Part shown: one piece after another, positions 1-11,567 of the stretch
Layout: every line of letters starts with the position of its first letter
How positions within the stretch are numbered: the stretch's first letter is position 1
Source: Candidatus Dormiibacterota bacterium
GTDB lineage: Bacteria; Chloroflexota; Dormibacteria; Aeolococcales; Aeolococcaceae
DNA: 64,000 nucleotides
Reading direction: 5' to 3'
Assembly (NCBI GenBank): GCA_963777445.1
Contig: CAVZQR010000017.1
Span: forward strand, 197,226 to 261,225
Made by a program: the position numbers and the translations under genes
Notes under the pieces: generated by a model
What the model was told of the DNA's origin: nothing
The model's database searches: none
The model's input: only the letters and a program-made list of their open reading frames with translations

Positions 1-607
1 GGCAGCGCGAGTGATCTTGCGCGTGACGAAGGTCTCACCGCGCCGGGGGCTCTCATGATTGAACAGCACCCCGTTCACTGCGTACATGCCGTATGCCTCG
101 CGGTAGTTGACCGTCGCCCAATACCCAAAGAGCTTTGCAACCCCATAAGGTGAACGGGGATGGAATGGCGTCCGTTCATTCTGTGGAGCGGGCGCTGCAC
201 CGAACATCTCCGATGAGGAGGCCTGGTAGAAACGCGTGTCAACGCCCGCAGCGCGTATCGCCTCGAGTATTCGGATCGTCCCGGTTCCCGTCACGTCTGC
301 GGTGTACTCGGGCATCTCAAAGCTAACCTTCACGTGAGTTTGCGCGCCAAGGTGATACACCTCGTCCGGAGCCACCTCTCGAACCAGGTTGACCAAGCCC
401 ACCGCATCGGCGAGGTCGCCGTAGTGCAAGAAGAGCCGGCGGTGCGAGGTATGGGGGTCTTCGTAAATGTCGTCGAGCCGCTCGCTGTTGAACGTCGACG
501 CGCGCCGAACGATGCCGTGAACCTCGTAGCCCTTCGAGAGCAGGAGTTCGGCGAGGTACGAGCCGTCTTGGCCGGTAATCCCGGTGATCAGTGCTGTCTT
601 TTGTCAT
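1..607 (-). CDS. gmd: GDP-mannose 4,6-dehydratase (N-terminal ~200 aa; 3' end runs off the window)
   Basis: Reverse translation of 1-603 reads (K)[99 protein letters not shown]...[20 protein letters not shown], the canonical Gmd sequence. The only ATG (605-607, reading MTK) is 1 nt out of frame across a T4/A4 run (599-602). The Gmd frame itself has TGA at 604-606. Confidence 0.9.
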
Positions 608-808
608 AGCCAGAGCGGACGTCTTCCTTCTTCCTGAGGTCGGGCCGTGCGGAGGGTGAGCGCACCAACGCCAAGAGGTCGGATTACCTGAATGTGTCGG
701 CGACACGAGCCCAGGAGGGCCTGCCGATCGGCCAGGTCCCTTGCCCGACGATCTATAGTTGCGCCATATGGGGAGACGTGCCTGCGGCGGGTCGAGACCG
801 GTGACGGC

Positions 809-1759
<951 letters not shown>

Positions 1760-1877
1760 ATTCGCTGTGGCAGCGCCATACACCGGTTCTCTGCGCCCTC
1801 TGACGAACGGGCGTTTATGAAGAACTCCGAGCTGCCCGCCTCGTGTCGAGGCCGCCTGACGACGTTACGATGACACA

Positions 1878-3396
1878 ATGATGGTTGTCAGCCCGCAACG
1901 TGGTGCCGACTCAGCAGCGGCGCCGGCGTCAGCAAAACGGCGGGACACCTCAGCAGGTCGCACGGCGCTTGCCTGGGTGTTGCTGTGTGTGCCGGCCCCG
2001 CTCTTCCTACTTGGCACGGCGGTACCAGGCATTGCGCTCAACACCGCCGAAGTCTGGCTAACTGTGTTGCTAACGGTCTACGCTGGTACGCACCTCGCGG
2101 TGCGGTTCGGCCGTGGCGATCTACGAATCGCCACCACGACCTTCTGGCTATTCGTGTACGTGGCGATGTCTGTCGCCTCGCTCGCCCGAATCTCGACCGG
2201 GCTCCATTCCTACCTAGCTGACGCCGGCACACTCACAGAGGCGGTTGTGATCACCTTAGCTGGGTGCGCCGCCTACGATGTGGCCCAGTTGGCCCACCGC
2301 CTCCTCCCGGCCCGGAAGGCCCCGGTGCCAACGATTCGAGGCATTGACTTCCGGCGCCTTAACGTTGTTGGGGCGCTCGGGATCGTGGCCTCAGCCTACT
2401 ACATCAATACGGTAGGTGTGTCCAGTTTCTTCTCGAGCCGCGGGGACCTCACCACCGGCATCTCGCAGGCCGGCTTCACCGCCAACGGTTCGCAGACCGT
2501 ATCCGCCATCCTTGGATCGTTGGCGGTCGTGCCTCTCCTGATCGCATGGCTCGGATGGACTGCGAGACTGGCCCGCGACGCTGCGTCGCGGCGGTCGCCC
2601 AGTCGCTGGCTCTGGTACCTGACGCTGTCGGCCGTGATGGTCATCGTAAACAACCCGATCAGCACCTCCCGCTACCAATTCTTGACCGTTGCATTCGCGG
2701 CGTTGTTTTGTCTACCCCATCTTGGGAAACGAGGCATGCGGGCGGTCGTCGGCGGAGGCGTGGTGCTGGCAGTAACTATCTTCCCGTACAGCGACTATTT
2801 CCGGGTCCCCGCTGCCGATAGACAACCGCTCCAAGTTTAACTCGATCGCTGTGGAGCTGGCCACGAAAGACTATGACCAGATGACGATGATCGCCAACAG
2901 CGTTTGGTACGCCAATGTATTCGGGCATACCGATGGAAGTCAACTAGTGTCGGACGTCCTATTTTTCGTTCCGCACTCGGTCTGGCCTGGTCGTGCCACG
3001 GACACAGGGGTCCTTATCGGCGAGGCGATGAGTGTCCCGAACTTGAATCTTTCAGCACCGATGTGGGTCGAGTTCTGGCTCGACTTCAGCTGGTTGGGCC
3101 TGATCATCGGGTTTCTGGCGTTCGGTTGGATATCAGCCCGATGGGACGACTTGTTTGTCCACCTTAGACGGCGGCGACGCCTTACGTCTCCGGCGTTACT
3201 CGATCTGGCCCTCCCATTGTTCGCAGGCTACGAGTTCATTCTCTTGCGCGGCTCGATCCTCCAGGCAGTGGGTCGCATGGCCGTAATGCTGATCCTGTTG
3301 CTGGTCGTGCGGGGCCGCCCCCTGGGTCCATGGGAGCCCTCATCGATGCTCGATGCGGCACCGCTAGAACCCGCCCGCTCGGTGGCGGGCGCCTGA
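1878..3396 (+). CDS. wzy: O-antigen/oligosaccharide repeat-unit polymerase (Wzy-like), two ORFs joined by one frame change near 2818
   Basis: Polytopic membrane protein covering ORFs 1878-2840 and 2851-3396. The second part carries the Wzy-family signature ...DYDQMTMIANSVWY...GSQLVSDVLFFVPHSVWPGRATDTG...NLSAPMWVEFWLDFSWLGL. The second frame is already open and protein-like (DNRSKFNSIAVELATKDYD) upstream of 2851. Confidence 0.7.
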
Positions 3397-3425
3397 TTCG
3401 GACGCTCAGGGGCCGCCTAGGCACC

Positions 3426-4511
3426 TTACCCCCTCGCGTCGAAGGACGGAGTTTTCCAGCGGCCGTGCTCGTCGAGCGTATCAGCAGGGTATGAACCCGA
3501 GCTTCCAAGCCTTGCGTGAGCTTCCGTGAGCGACCCCGCAGCAGGTGGTCCCCCGAAGGTCAACCGTCCGGCGGACCTTGGAGGTGGGTACTTCCCGTAG
3601 CTCCCGAGGACCACGATGGACCGGATCGCACAAATCTCGTGCGGCCCAAGTCCGTCGCCGAGATCAGGTTGGCGTAGCTCCTGCCAGCCAATGCGATTTC
3701 GAGATGGATTGCCATTCACAAGGTGGCCACTCGGCATGTTAAATTGGCGGCCCTCCAGCCGCCAATGGAAGGCATCTGCATGCAGCAAATCCAGAATGCG
3801 ATTAAGCTCGCGTGCCGGGTAGTCTACAAGGTCTTCATAGCGCATTCGGAGCATCGGCCCATCCATTTGATGCCCGGCGAGGCTTGCCAGATGGTTCACG
3901 GCGACCCACCCCAACGCGCTACGCACCGGCGTCTTACTGGGAGGTCGCTCCGCTAATCGAACGTTCAAGTGTTTGGTCGTGTCGCTCTCCGATGCCGCGA
4001 CGCCATAGGGGCTGCGAACTAAATGCACCGCGGCCGTGGATGATGCCTGCGCCGTAACGAGAAGATCCACGGCCTTCTTTGAAGTATCAACCAACGTGGC
4101 CGTTCCGGATTGCTCAAGGATCTTGCGGTGCAGAATGCCTAGTATCATTCTGTACTTCAGGTGGTCGCCACCCAAGGGGCCGCGGATAACGCGAGGCATG
4201 TATCGGGTTCGCGCGGAGGCTAACCGGAGTCGCTCGGCTTCCGCGGGTGACTTAAGGCCAGCTGCCCGGAGCACTCCATGCGTGACAGGACTCCAAAAGG
4301 GACATGTGTCGATCGACCTTGTGCACTGACATTGCACACCGGTCTCGAAGGCCGACCACAGGTTAGAGAGTTCTCCAGCAGCGAAGATGTTCGGATGCTG
4401 GTCAAGCATCTGCGCAAGCAGTGTCGTCCCGCTGCGCATTGATCCCGCGACAAAGAGCACTGCGGGTGGAATGACACGGGGCGGCTCGGGCACGAAGGTC
4501 AGTGTAAGCAA
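3426..4511 (-). CDS. PAPS-dependent sulfotransferase family protein
   Basis: 5'-PSB loop VLFVAGSMRSGTTLLAQML and a 3'-PB-like VHLVRSPYGVAAS, plus GHLVNGNPSR near the C-terminus. Length is 361 aa. The last ~60 aa are low-complexity, so the true stop may lie earlier. Confidence 0.75.
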   Translation of the reverse strand: MLTLTFVPEPPRVIPPAVLFVAGSMRSGTTLLAQMLDQHPNIFAAGELSNLWSAFETGVQCQCTRSIDTCPFWSPVTHGVLRAAGLKSPAEAERLRLASARTRYMPRVIRGPLGGDHLKYRMILGILHRKILEQSGTATLVDTSKKAVDLLVTAQASSTAAVHLVRSPYGVAASESDTTKHLNVRLAERPPSKTPVRSALGWVAVNHLASLAGHQMDGPMLRMRYEDLVDYPARELNRILDLLHADAFHWRLEGRQFNMPSGHLVNGNPSRNRIGWQELRQPDLGDGLGPHEICAIRSIVVLGSYGKYPPPRSAGRLTFGGPPAAGSLTEAHARLGSSGSYPADTLDEHGRWKTPSFDARG

Positions 4512-4959
4512 TTACGAAAACTCGGCGCTTCAAAATCGCGGCAACTCGCAACGACGCCATCACCGATCTGTCGCGGCGTGTCGCGCTCGGCGTTGTGCAC
4601 GCCGACGTCGCGCGGGCTCGAGAGATGTGTCTGCTGGTACTGCTGAGTTGTGGAGAAGGCAGATAACGATGTCACCAGCAACGAGGTTGTTAGCGGTGGC
4701 ATGGCGGCACGTCATAAGATGAACCGCTAGGCCAAGACAGCTGGACTCTGACGGTGCTCGTCTTACCCGTGACTCGCCCCGCGCCAAAGCTGCGTTCCTG
4801 GCATCCGCCGGCGATTGAGGGGCCTCCCCGCGACGCAGCAAGAGGGGCCGCGACTCGACTTGTGCTTGCCCGCCTACGTCCCGCGCATAGGTCGGTGCCT
4901 GCCGTTAGTAGCGCGGCCGCGAGAGACTGTCGACCTTTCCTGGACCGCTCACCGATGCC

Positions 4960-5919
4960 GTGCATCAGTCCCGGGCGCGGGCTTGTAGACTAGTCCTTAC
5001 GTATAGGCTCAAATACCATATTCGGCGCAGGGCCAAGGCCATTCTTGTAAGGAGGCCGAAGCCAGGTCAGTACAGACGAACGATCGCCTCGTACGCCGAG
5101 TTGAACGAGCTCGTTCACCAGATTGTGTCGCAAGGTCAGCCTGCTCTAGTCAGCAGGATAGGGGCGACGGAACTCGCGTGCGTGAGGCACTTCATGGAGA
5201 GGCGCCAGGGCAGCAGTAAGCCTGCGTACCCCCACCGAGTTGCGTCGCGGATGAGAATGAACGCCGGGTTCTTTCCTGCAACGGACGACTTCCTCGACTC
5301 GTTTTGCCAGAACTATATACGCGCCGCATCGGAAATTGATGTGCTTGGCGTTTGGCGCAATCAGTTCGAGCAGGTGGTGGCGAATGAAGTTTGTCCCACC
5401 GCGCGTCTGGTGCCGCTCCGGGCGCTAGAACCGTATTTCCATCCCGACCCATGGAGCCGGGCTCTGGCCGGAAAGATCGTGTTGGTCGTACACCCCTTCG
5501 CGGATTCCATCCTCGAAAACTACAGGCGCAACCGTCCCCGCATCTTTGCAGACCAGTCGGTGCTGCCACCATTCGACCTCCGACTGATCCGCGCGGTGCA
5601 GTCCATCGCCGGCCAACGGACTGCCTATTTAACCTGGTTCCAGGCGTTGGATGACATGATGAGCCGCATGGATGCTCATCAGTTCGACGTCTGTATTGTC
5701 GGCGCGGGCGCTTACGGTCTGCCCTTAGCTGCCCACGCGAAGCGTGCTGGGAAGGTTGCCATCCATCTCGGAGGCGCGACGCAGATCCTATTCGGCGTCA
5801 GGGGCCGCAGGTGGGACACCGACGACGTGTCGCACTTCTATAACCAATGGTGGGTGCGTCCAACCTCCGGTGAGACACCTTCCGGCGCCCGCTCCGTGGA
5901 GGACGGTTGTTATTGGTGA
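4960..5919 (+). CDS. Conserved-looking protein of unknown function in the glycan locus (possible GT-D/DUF1792-like transferase)
   Basis: 319-aa ORF with GC3-rich codons. Motifs are SRIGATELACVRHF, VLVVHPFADSI and DVCIVGAGAYGLPLAAHAKRAGKVAIHLGGATQILFG, which resembles the GT-D nucleotide-binding region. Start codon is uncertain. The functional call is weak. Confidence 0.55.
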   Translation: MHQSRARACRLVLTYRLKYHIRRRAKAILVRRPKPGQYRRTIASYAELNELVHQIVSQGQPALVSRIGATELACVRHFMERRQGSSKPAYPHRVASRMRMNAGFFPATDDFLDSFCQNYIRAASEIDVLGVWRNQFEQVVANEVCPTARLVPLRALEPYFHPDPWSRALAGKIVLVVHPFADSILENYRRNRPRIFADQSVLPPFDLRLIRAVQSIAGQRTAYLTWFQALDDMMSRMDAHQFDVCIVGAGAYGLPLAAHAKRAGKVAIHLGGATQILFGVRGRRWDTDDVSHFYNQWWVRPTSGETPSGARSVEDGCYW

Positions 5920-6191
5920 ACGTGAATCGTGTCAGGTGCACGGTCACCTCCGTTTCCTACTCGCGTGAACTTCGTCGCGAGTGCGGTGAGTGATCATCCG
6001 CAAGTGGCGCCAGCGCATCGTTGCACCCCAGGAGTGCCTGACGGCCCTGTGGAGTTGATGGGGCGTGACAACTCGGCGAGGCTGCTCGACGGAGAGTTGC
6101 AACCCCTCCCGTTAGGGAGGCGAGCCTGCGTCGCGCGTAGTGCGCTCCCGCAGGTTACGCGCGCTGCGCAATGCCCGCCAAGCGTCGTGCG

Positions 6192-7439
6192 TCAATCTGC
6201 GTTGCGCATTTCGTGGCGTAAGGTCCACAGCAGATACATGTTGGCAGCGACTGCTGCTCCGAGGAGAGCTAGACTGGCTCCCAATAGACTAAGGGTGGGA
6301 ACCAGCAATCCTGCCAGAACCACTAGCGTAGCAAGCGCGACGATCTCGCCGACCCCAGTTCGGCCGGGGCGCCCAACCCCTTGAAGAAAGACGACGAAGA
6401 TCCGTCGTATACCCATGAAACACCCGGCCAATATGAGCACGCGTGCCGGCGGAACAGCGCCAGCAAAGGCCTCGCCGAAGGCCGCGGGCAGGAGCCATCC
6501 AACAATAGCCTCGCCAACGGCCGTAGATGCAACTGCAAGAGCTCCAGCAAGAAGGAACGCGTGCCTCATGATCGCGTCGCGGGTTTCGCGGTCGGGAGCG
6601 CCGGCCAATCGCGGTAGCGCGATCATTCCGACCCCAGATACGAGAATGCCGGGAAGGTTATCGAACGCGCTCCCGACCGCGTAGAGACCGAGCTCGTAGC
6701 GTGAAAGCAGTAGCCCCACTATGGCCTGATCGATCTGGAGTGTTTCCAAGGGTGCGTTGCCGCCCGCCAATGATGCAAGACCGTACTGGACTAGAGATCG
6801 TGTTGAAACGGCAGTTCGTACGGGAGAGGCGCCAGACGCAGCCGCGAGAAAGATGCCGCCCACCGCACACGCCGTCACGTACGCCGCGGCGTTGATACCG
6901 AGCGCAACGGCTGCCCCCGCATGCCGAACGACGAGCCACAGAACGACAATGCTTACTGCAGTGATCGTCACGAAAACTGGGCGCATCAGGTTCAGCGCTC
7001 GAAAATGGCGCTCCCCCTGCACACACGCAAGTACTAGTTGCGACGTCATCGATGCTGACACGCACACCGCGACCAATGCTGCCTCGACCCATCGCGGTGA
7101 GGAGTTGTCGCTGCGAACGATTAGGATGACCGCGAGAGAGCTTAAGGCACTGGCACCTAGACAGAGGCGCACCCAAGTGGATGCAACCACCCTGAGAATG
7201 TAGCGAGCAGAAACACCTCGGCTCGCCAGCGTGTAGGTGACTGCTGTTGGGAGTCCTGCAGCTCCGAAGAAGCTGCCGAAGGTGGCGATGATGACTAGAA
7301 GCGCGTATTCGCCCCGGCCGCTCACGCCCAACAACCGTGCTGATGCCGGCCCAGACAGAAGCAGCATGCCCTGGGCGAAGATGCTTGTCGCAAGAGATCC
7401 AAGCGATGGGTTACTTAGAATCGACCATCGAATCCTCAA
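6192..7439 (-). CDS. wzx: Polysaccharide/oligosaccharide flippase (Wzx, MOP superfamily)
   Basis: 415-aa multi-TM protein. The N-terminus SLATSIFAQGMLLLSGPASARLLGVSGRGEYALLV is typical of Wzx-type flippases. Located between wzy and glycosyl/acetyl-transferases. Confidence 0.8.
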   Translation of the reverse strand: MRIRWSILSNPSLGSLATSIFAQGMLLLSGPASARLLGVSGRGEYALLVIIATFGSFFGAAGLPTAVTYTLASRGVSARYILRVVASTWVRLCLGASALSSLAVILIVRSDNSSPRWVEAALVAVCVSASMTSQLVLACVQGERHFRALNLMRPVFVTITAVSIVVLWLVVRHAGAAVALGINAAAYVTACAVGGIFLAAASGASPVRTAVSTRSLVQYGLASLAGGNAPLETLQIDQAIVGLLLSRYELGLYAVGSAFDNLPGILVSGVGMIALPRLAGAPDRETRDAIMRHAFLLAGALAVASTAVGEAIVGWLLPAAFGEAFAGAVPPARVLILAGCFMGIRRIFVVFLQGVGRPGRTGVGEIVALATLVVLAGLLVPTLSLLGASLALLGAAVAANMYLLWTLRHEMRNAD

Positions 7440-7704
7440 AGCTCGCGTCCGCCCCTCAGCCGACGCGCGCTCGGGTCGGCGCTGCGGGACTCGACCTTCT
7501 CTCGTTGCTGGTCGTGCGTTGGGGGCACGGTATCTGGGGCGCGACTCTCGTTAGCAGCGGCACCAGAGGGACTTTCTGGCAGTTCATGTCAGTGCGGCCA
7601 CGCTGAGTGCCCGGCGTGATGTCCTGCGGCACGCGCTCCGCGTCAACCCGTTCCGCATTGCTCTGTCATCATTAGCCGGATGAAGGTAGTCGGTCAGCGC
7701 AGGG

Positions 7705-8289
7705 TTGGCGACCATGCCTGAACGCGCACAGACCCCGCCGGTCCGTAATGATCTATTCGACAAGTCGCATTTCGACCGGGGTCGGCCGAAGGCCGTCGAG
7801 GCTGCATGGTATATCACCAAGGTGATCTTCTTCCTTTCTGCATGGCCATGGCCGACGTCACTGAAGATCCGCCTTCTCAGAGCCTTCGGCTGTGAGGTTG
7901 GGGACGGTCTAGTAGTGAAGCCTCGGGTGAACATACACTTTCCCTGGAAACTGAAGATCGGGAACCACTGCTGGATCGGGGAACGGACCGAGATCTTGAA
8001 CCTTGCGAGCGTCACTCTCGGAGACCATTCCACGTTATCGTACGACGTGTTTATTGCCGCCGCCGGACACGATAGTTCGAGCGCGTCGATGGCATACAAA
8101 AACCGCCCTATCAGCATCGGACGCTCCGCGTGGGTCACTACCCGCGCTTTCATCGGCCCCGGAGTGACGGTCGGTGATGGGGCGGTTATCGGGGCCGGGG
8201 CCGTGGTGTTGCTGGACGTCGAGCCCAACAGTGTCATGGTGGGTAATCCTGCCAAGGCCGTTGCCGTTCGCCGAATTACACTCCCGTGA
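7705..8289 (+). CDS. WcaF-like hexapeptide-repeat O-acetyltransferase
   Basis: VKPRVNIHFPWKLKIGNHCWIGERTEILNLASVTLGDHSTLSYDVFIAAAGHD...IGRSAWVTTRAFIGPGVTVGDGAVIGAGAVV...VGNPA aligns residue-for-residue with E. coli WcaF (IRPSVKITYPWKLTLGDYAWVGDDVNLYTLGEITIG...CTGSHD). Confidence 0.85.
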   Translation: MATMPERAQTPPVRNDLFDKSHFDRGRPKAVEAAWYITKVIFFLSAWPWPTSLKIRLLRAFGCEVGDGLVVKPRVNIHFPWKLKIGNHCWIGERTEILNLASVTLGDHSTLSYDVFIAAAGHDSSSASMAYKNRPISIGRSAWVTTRAFIGPGVTVGDGAVIGAGAVVLLDVEPNSVMVGNPAKAVAVRRITLP

Positions 8290-8360
8290 CTACTGACGTG
8301 GCTCAAGCGGTTCGGCGTATATAGGCGCGGGCGGCAGGTCGATCTGCCATCAGGTGGCCG

Positions 8361-9600
8361 GTGACCGCCCCTCGTGACCCCATAGGGAACAAGATGAAGA
8401 ACCTGCTCACGCTGAGGCGTAAGTTCTGCGCCGGTCTTGGCCGGGTCAACGAGGGCGCCATGGACGGCGAGCCGACATCGCCCAGCGGTGGTAGGTTGGA
8501 TGGCGCTCGGCGAGTTGCCCTGGTGGGCCACTTCACGCCGCCGATCCACGGTATGGCCGCCGCGATGGACGCTCTGGCCGCCCTTCTGAACACCCTCGGA
8601 CCGGTCGTTCGCATCCGCACCGTTCCGAAGGGGCATTCGGGCGGGTGCCGATATCACATCACACGGACCTGTCTAGTCTTGCGCGCCGCATCCAGGCTCG
8701 CATCCTTGCGGGCCAAGAGCGACGCTGTGCTGCTCTCCGTCGATGCAGGAAAAGGCATGGTGTACGTCATCGCGTTGACATGGGTCGCGCGCCGACTCAG
8801 ATATCGCGTCGCCCTTCAGCACCATTCATACGCCTACATATCGCGCCGAACCATGCTCGCTGGATTGCTGGTCGACGTCGCTGGCCCACATGCCGAGCAC
8901 CTGCACAGCTGCCAAGTTGCTTGCGACGATTTCCGCCGGGTGTATCCCCGTGCCTTGACAAACCGGGCAGTAAGCGTGGCGTACGCCTTGCAATTGCCCC
9001 CTCGGCGCCACCAGGCTCCGGACCCTATCGCAACTCGCACCTTGCGAGTTGGGCATCTGAGCAATCTCACGCTCGAGAAGGGCCTCGAAAGGGTCATCCA
9101 TCTTGGGCGAGATGCAATCCAACGAGGCATGGTCGAAAAGGTGATTCTGGCAGGGCCTGTGACGGGTAGGGCGGAGCGCCGGCTGATGCTTAGGGCCCTT
9201 TCCGAGCCCGGCTTCGAGTACCGGGGACTGGTCACTGGACAGCCCAAGGAGAACTTCTTCCAGGACATCGACATTTTCGTTTTCCCAACGCGCTACCGAA
9301 ACGAGTTCCTACGGGCTTGTTGTATGGGAAGCAATGCTGCGCGGCGTGCCGGTCATCGTATACAGAGCCGGATGCCTGACACAGGCATTGGTCGGATCGG
9401 ACAGCCTTGTCCTAGAGCCGGGGGGCGATTTCACGAAGGACGCCATGAGACAAATCGAGCGCTGGTCTCAGCATCCCGATGAGTTTACGAGGGCCCGCGC
9501 ATCGGCCGCCGCCTATGCACGCGATGAACGCGCGAAGGCAATTTCGGACGCAGTCCAACTCGGTGGCGAATTGTTTGCTCCGGCTGTACGCCGAGGCTAG
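8361..9600 (+). CDS. Glycosyltransferase family 4, one frame change near 9306
   Basis: RVALVGHFTPPIHGMAAAMDAL (GT-B N-domain), then ...DIDIFVFPTRYRNE | SYGLVVWEAMLRGVPVIVYRAGC (the GT4 EX7E region) after a T->TT frame change that links ORF 8361-9482 to ORF 9334-9600. The start could be M at 8460. Confidence 0.75.
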
Positions 9601-9632
9601 AGGCGTTACGCCCGCTCTTGGGTCGGCGTCGA

Positions 9633-11500
9633 CTAAGGTTTCGTGACCGCCCACTTGCGGTCGACGCTCAGGTCGCTCGTGAACCTGGAGTTGAGACCAC
9701 CGGGTAGCTGCACCTCCACGCTGATCGGCCATGTAAGGGCGTTGATCTGCCGCTCCCATGCGAGCTGGTAGCTCACCGCTCCGTTGGGCACCACGTGCGC
9801 AAAGGGGCCGTCGTACAGAAAGGTCACGGTGGTCGTCTCGCCGACATCGAGAATCAGGTCGTAGGAGACCCACGGGCGGTTGTCCTCTACCCCGAAGTCC
9901 TCCGGGCTCTCCGACTGCGCTGGTGCTCCAGCCTCGCTCACCAGCATATCGTCGAAGTTTGCCGAAGGCGGGAGATACACCCTGATGTAGTCCTCATACA
10001 GCCCGCCGGTGTTGCCAAGAGCGCTGCGTTTGCCGGCGACGGTCTGGGGCGGGTCGTAATAGGTCAGCGTCAACCGATCCTGTACGTCGCCTGCGGATCA
10101 ACGGTCGGCTTGGAGGTCGTAGTGGCGCGTGACGAAGAGATCTCCCTTGGTTCCCGCCAGGTTGGAGTCCGCAACGAGCAGCGCGTCGCCGGTTGGGTGC
10201 TGCGGCAGTACGCCGCCAAGCCCGGCATCGACGACCAGATGCTTCAAGCTGCGCGTCATCGAAGTCGAGCACGATATGCCGCTCCGCCGCGCCCCGCTCG
10301 AGAGCCGTCGCCAGGGCCACCCATTTCTCTCTTGGGGTCTTGAGCGCGGCGTTGACAACGGCATGGCCAAAGGGCGCGAGATATACCTTGCCAGGGTCGC
10401 CCGGGCGCGCCTTGTTGATGATGTAGTTGAGCTCGAGCAACGTGTTGGTCGCGCCGACGACCTGCGGGTATGGCGGCACCTGCACACTCCCGACCACCTG
10501 CAGCACATACGACAGTGCAACCGGGTCAACGTTGATCACGCCATCAACGGACTGACCGGTCGCCCTGCGTGTAGAACTCGGCTGCAAGCGCGGCGGAGGT
10601 CGGGAAATTGGGGGACCAGTTGGAGTCCGAAAGCGACGAGGTTGGTTCCGGTGATCTGCTTCGATGGGTGCCGGAGCGGGAATATCGGTCACGAGCGCAT
10701 CGGAGAACTGCGACATCCATGAAGTTCGAACTCACCAGCTGCCCGTCCTGGAAGACAACGACCCCAACGGCGCCGATGAAGCCGCCACCCCCACGCTCCT
10801 CGCCGGGATTGGTCAGCAGAATGAGGTAGCGATGCGTGCCTGCCCCCACGATGTTCGGCAGTGCTTGGACGATGGTCAAGCCGGCCCGCACGGGGCCGTC
10901 GAGGCGCTGCTGCGCCTGCTGCGCTGCAGCGCGGAGATGATCAATCGGCCCGAAGAGCGAGCCGCTCGGGACTGCGCGACACCGAACTGTCCAGCGCTGT
11001 CGAGATCGGCCAGCGCTCGGCTGATCGCTGCGTGCTCGGTGTTGCCCAGCGACGCGAGCTCCTTGATCACGCCGGAGCCGCCGCTCGCGGCGCCGCTGTG
11101 CAGGTTCTGGAGCAACGGGATGAGGTCGATCGCCAGGTTGGTCCCGTCCTCGCCCGCGTGCCGTAGGTCGCGCACCGCGGCAACCTGCCGATCGAACCAG
11201 GGAAGATGGCCGACCACTCCGGCGATCCACCCGTTGTCGATCGACCGAGGAGCGGCCGCCGAAATCGAGCTTCGCGTCCTCGAGCTGTTTCTTTGCGGCG
11301 GTGAGCTGATCAGACGTGGGATCGAGGCCTGCGGTCCTCAGGATCGCCTCGGCGCTGAGGACGTCCGTGCGGCCCTGCTGGAGCGCGTTGTAGGCGGGGA
11401 GGTAGCGGACGAGGAGCACGACCATCACCGCGGCGACCAGGACGCCGATGCCGCCGCGAGATACCGAGCGTCCAGCGCCTCGACAGCGGCCAGCGCACAC
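9633..11500 (-). pseudogene. DUF4012 domain membrane/surface protein, at least six frame changes plus one in-frame TGA
   Basis: N-terminal TM segment GIGVLVAAVMVVLLV, then DUF4012 hallmarks spread over three frames: THRYLILLTNPGEERGGGGFIGAVGVVVFQDGQL, SDSNWSPNFPTSAA, VDGVINVDPVALSYVLQVVGSVQVP, LVADSNLAGTKGDLFVTRHY, LTLTYYDPPQTVAG. Frame changes lie near 11235, 10960, 10718, 10670, 10560 and 10240. There is an in-frame TGA at 10098-10100. Confidence 0.75.
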
Positions 11501-11567
11501 GCCGCCGCTTCCGCTTGGGGCTCAGGAAGAGTCCCGGGTGGGATGCCCCCCCGCTACCCAAGCCGCC

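Noticed and set aside
5047-5055. Strong SD-like GTAAGGAGG inside ORF 4960-5919
   Set aside because: No ATG, GTG or TTG lies within 5-12 nt downstream, so I did not use it to reset the start codon.
6105-6120. Small hairpin CCTCCC-GTTA-GGGAGG in the convergent gap between the unknown ORF and wzx
   Set aside because: The stem is only 6 bp with no U-tract, which is too weak to annotate as a terminator.
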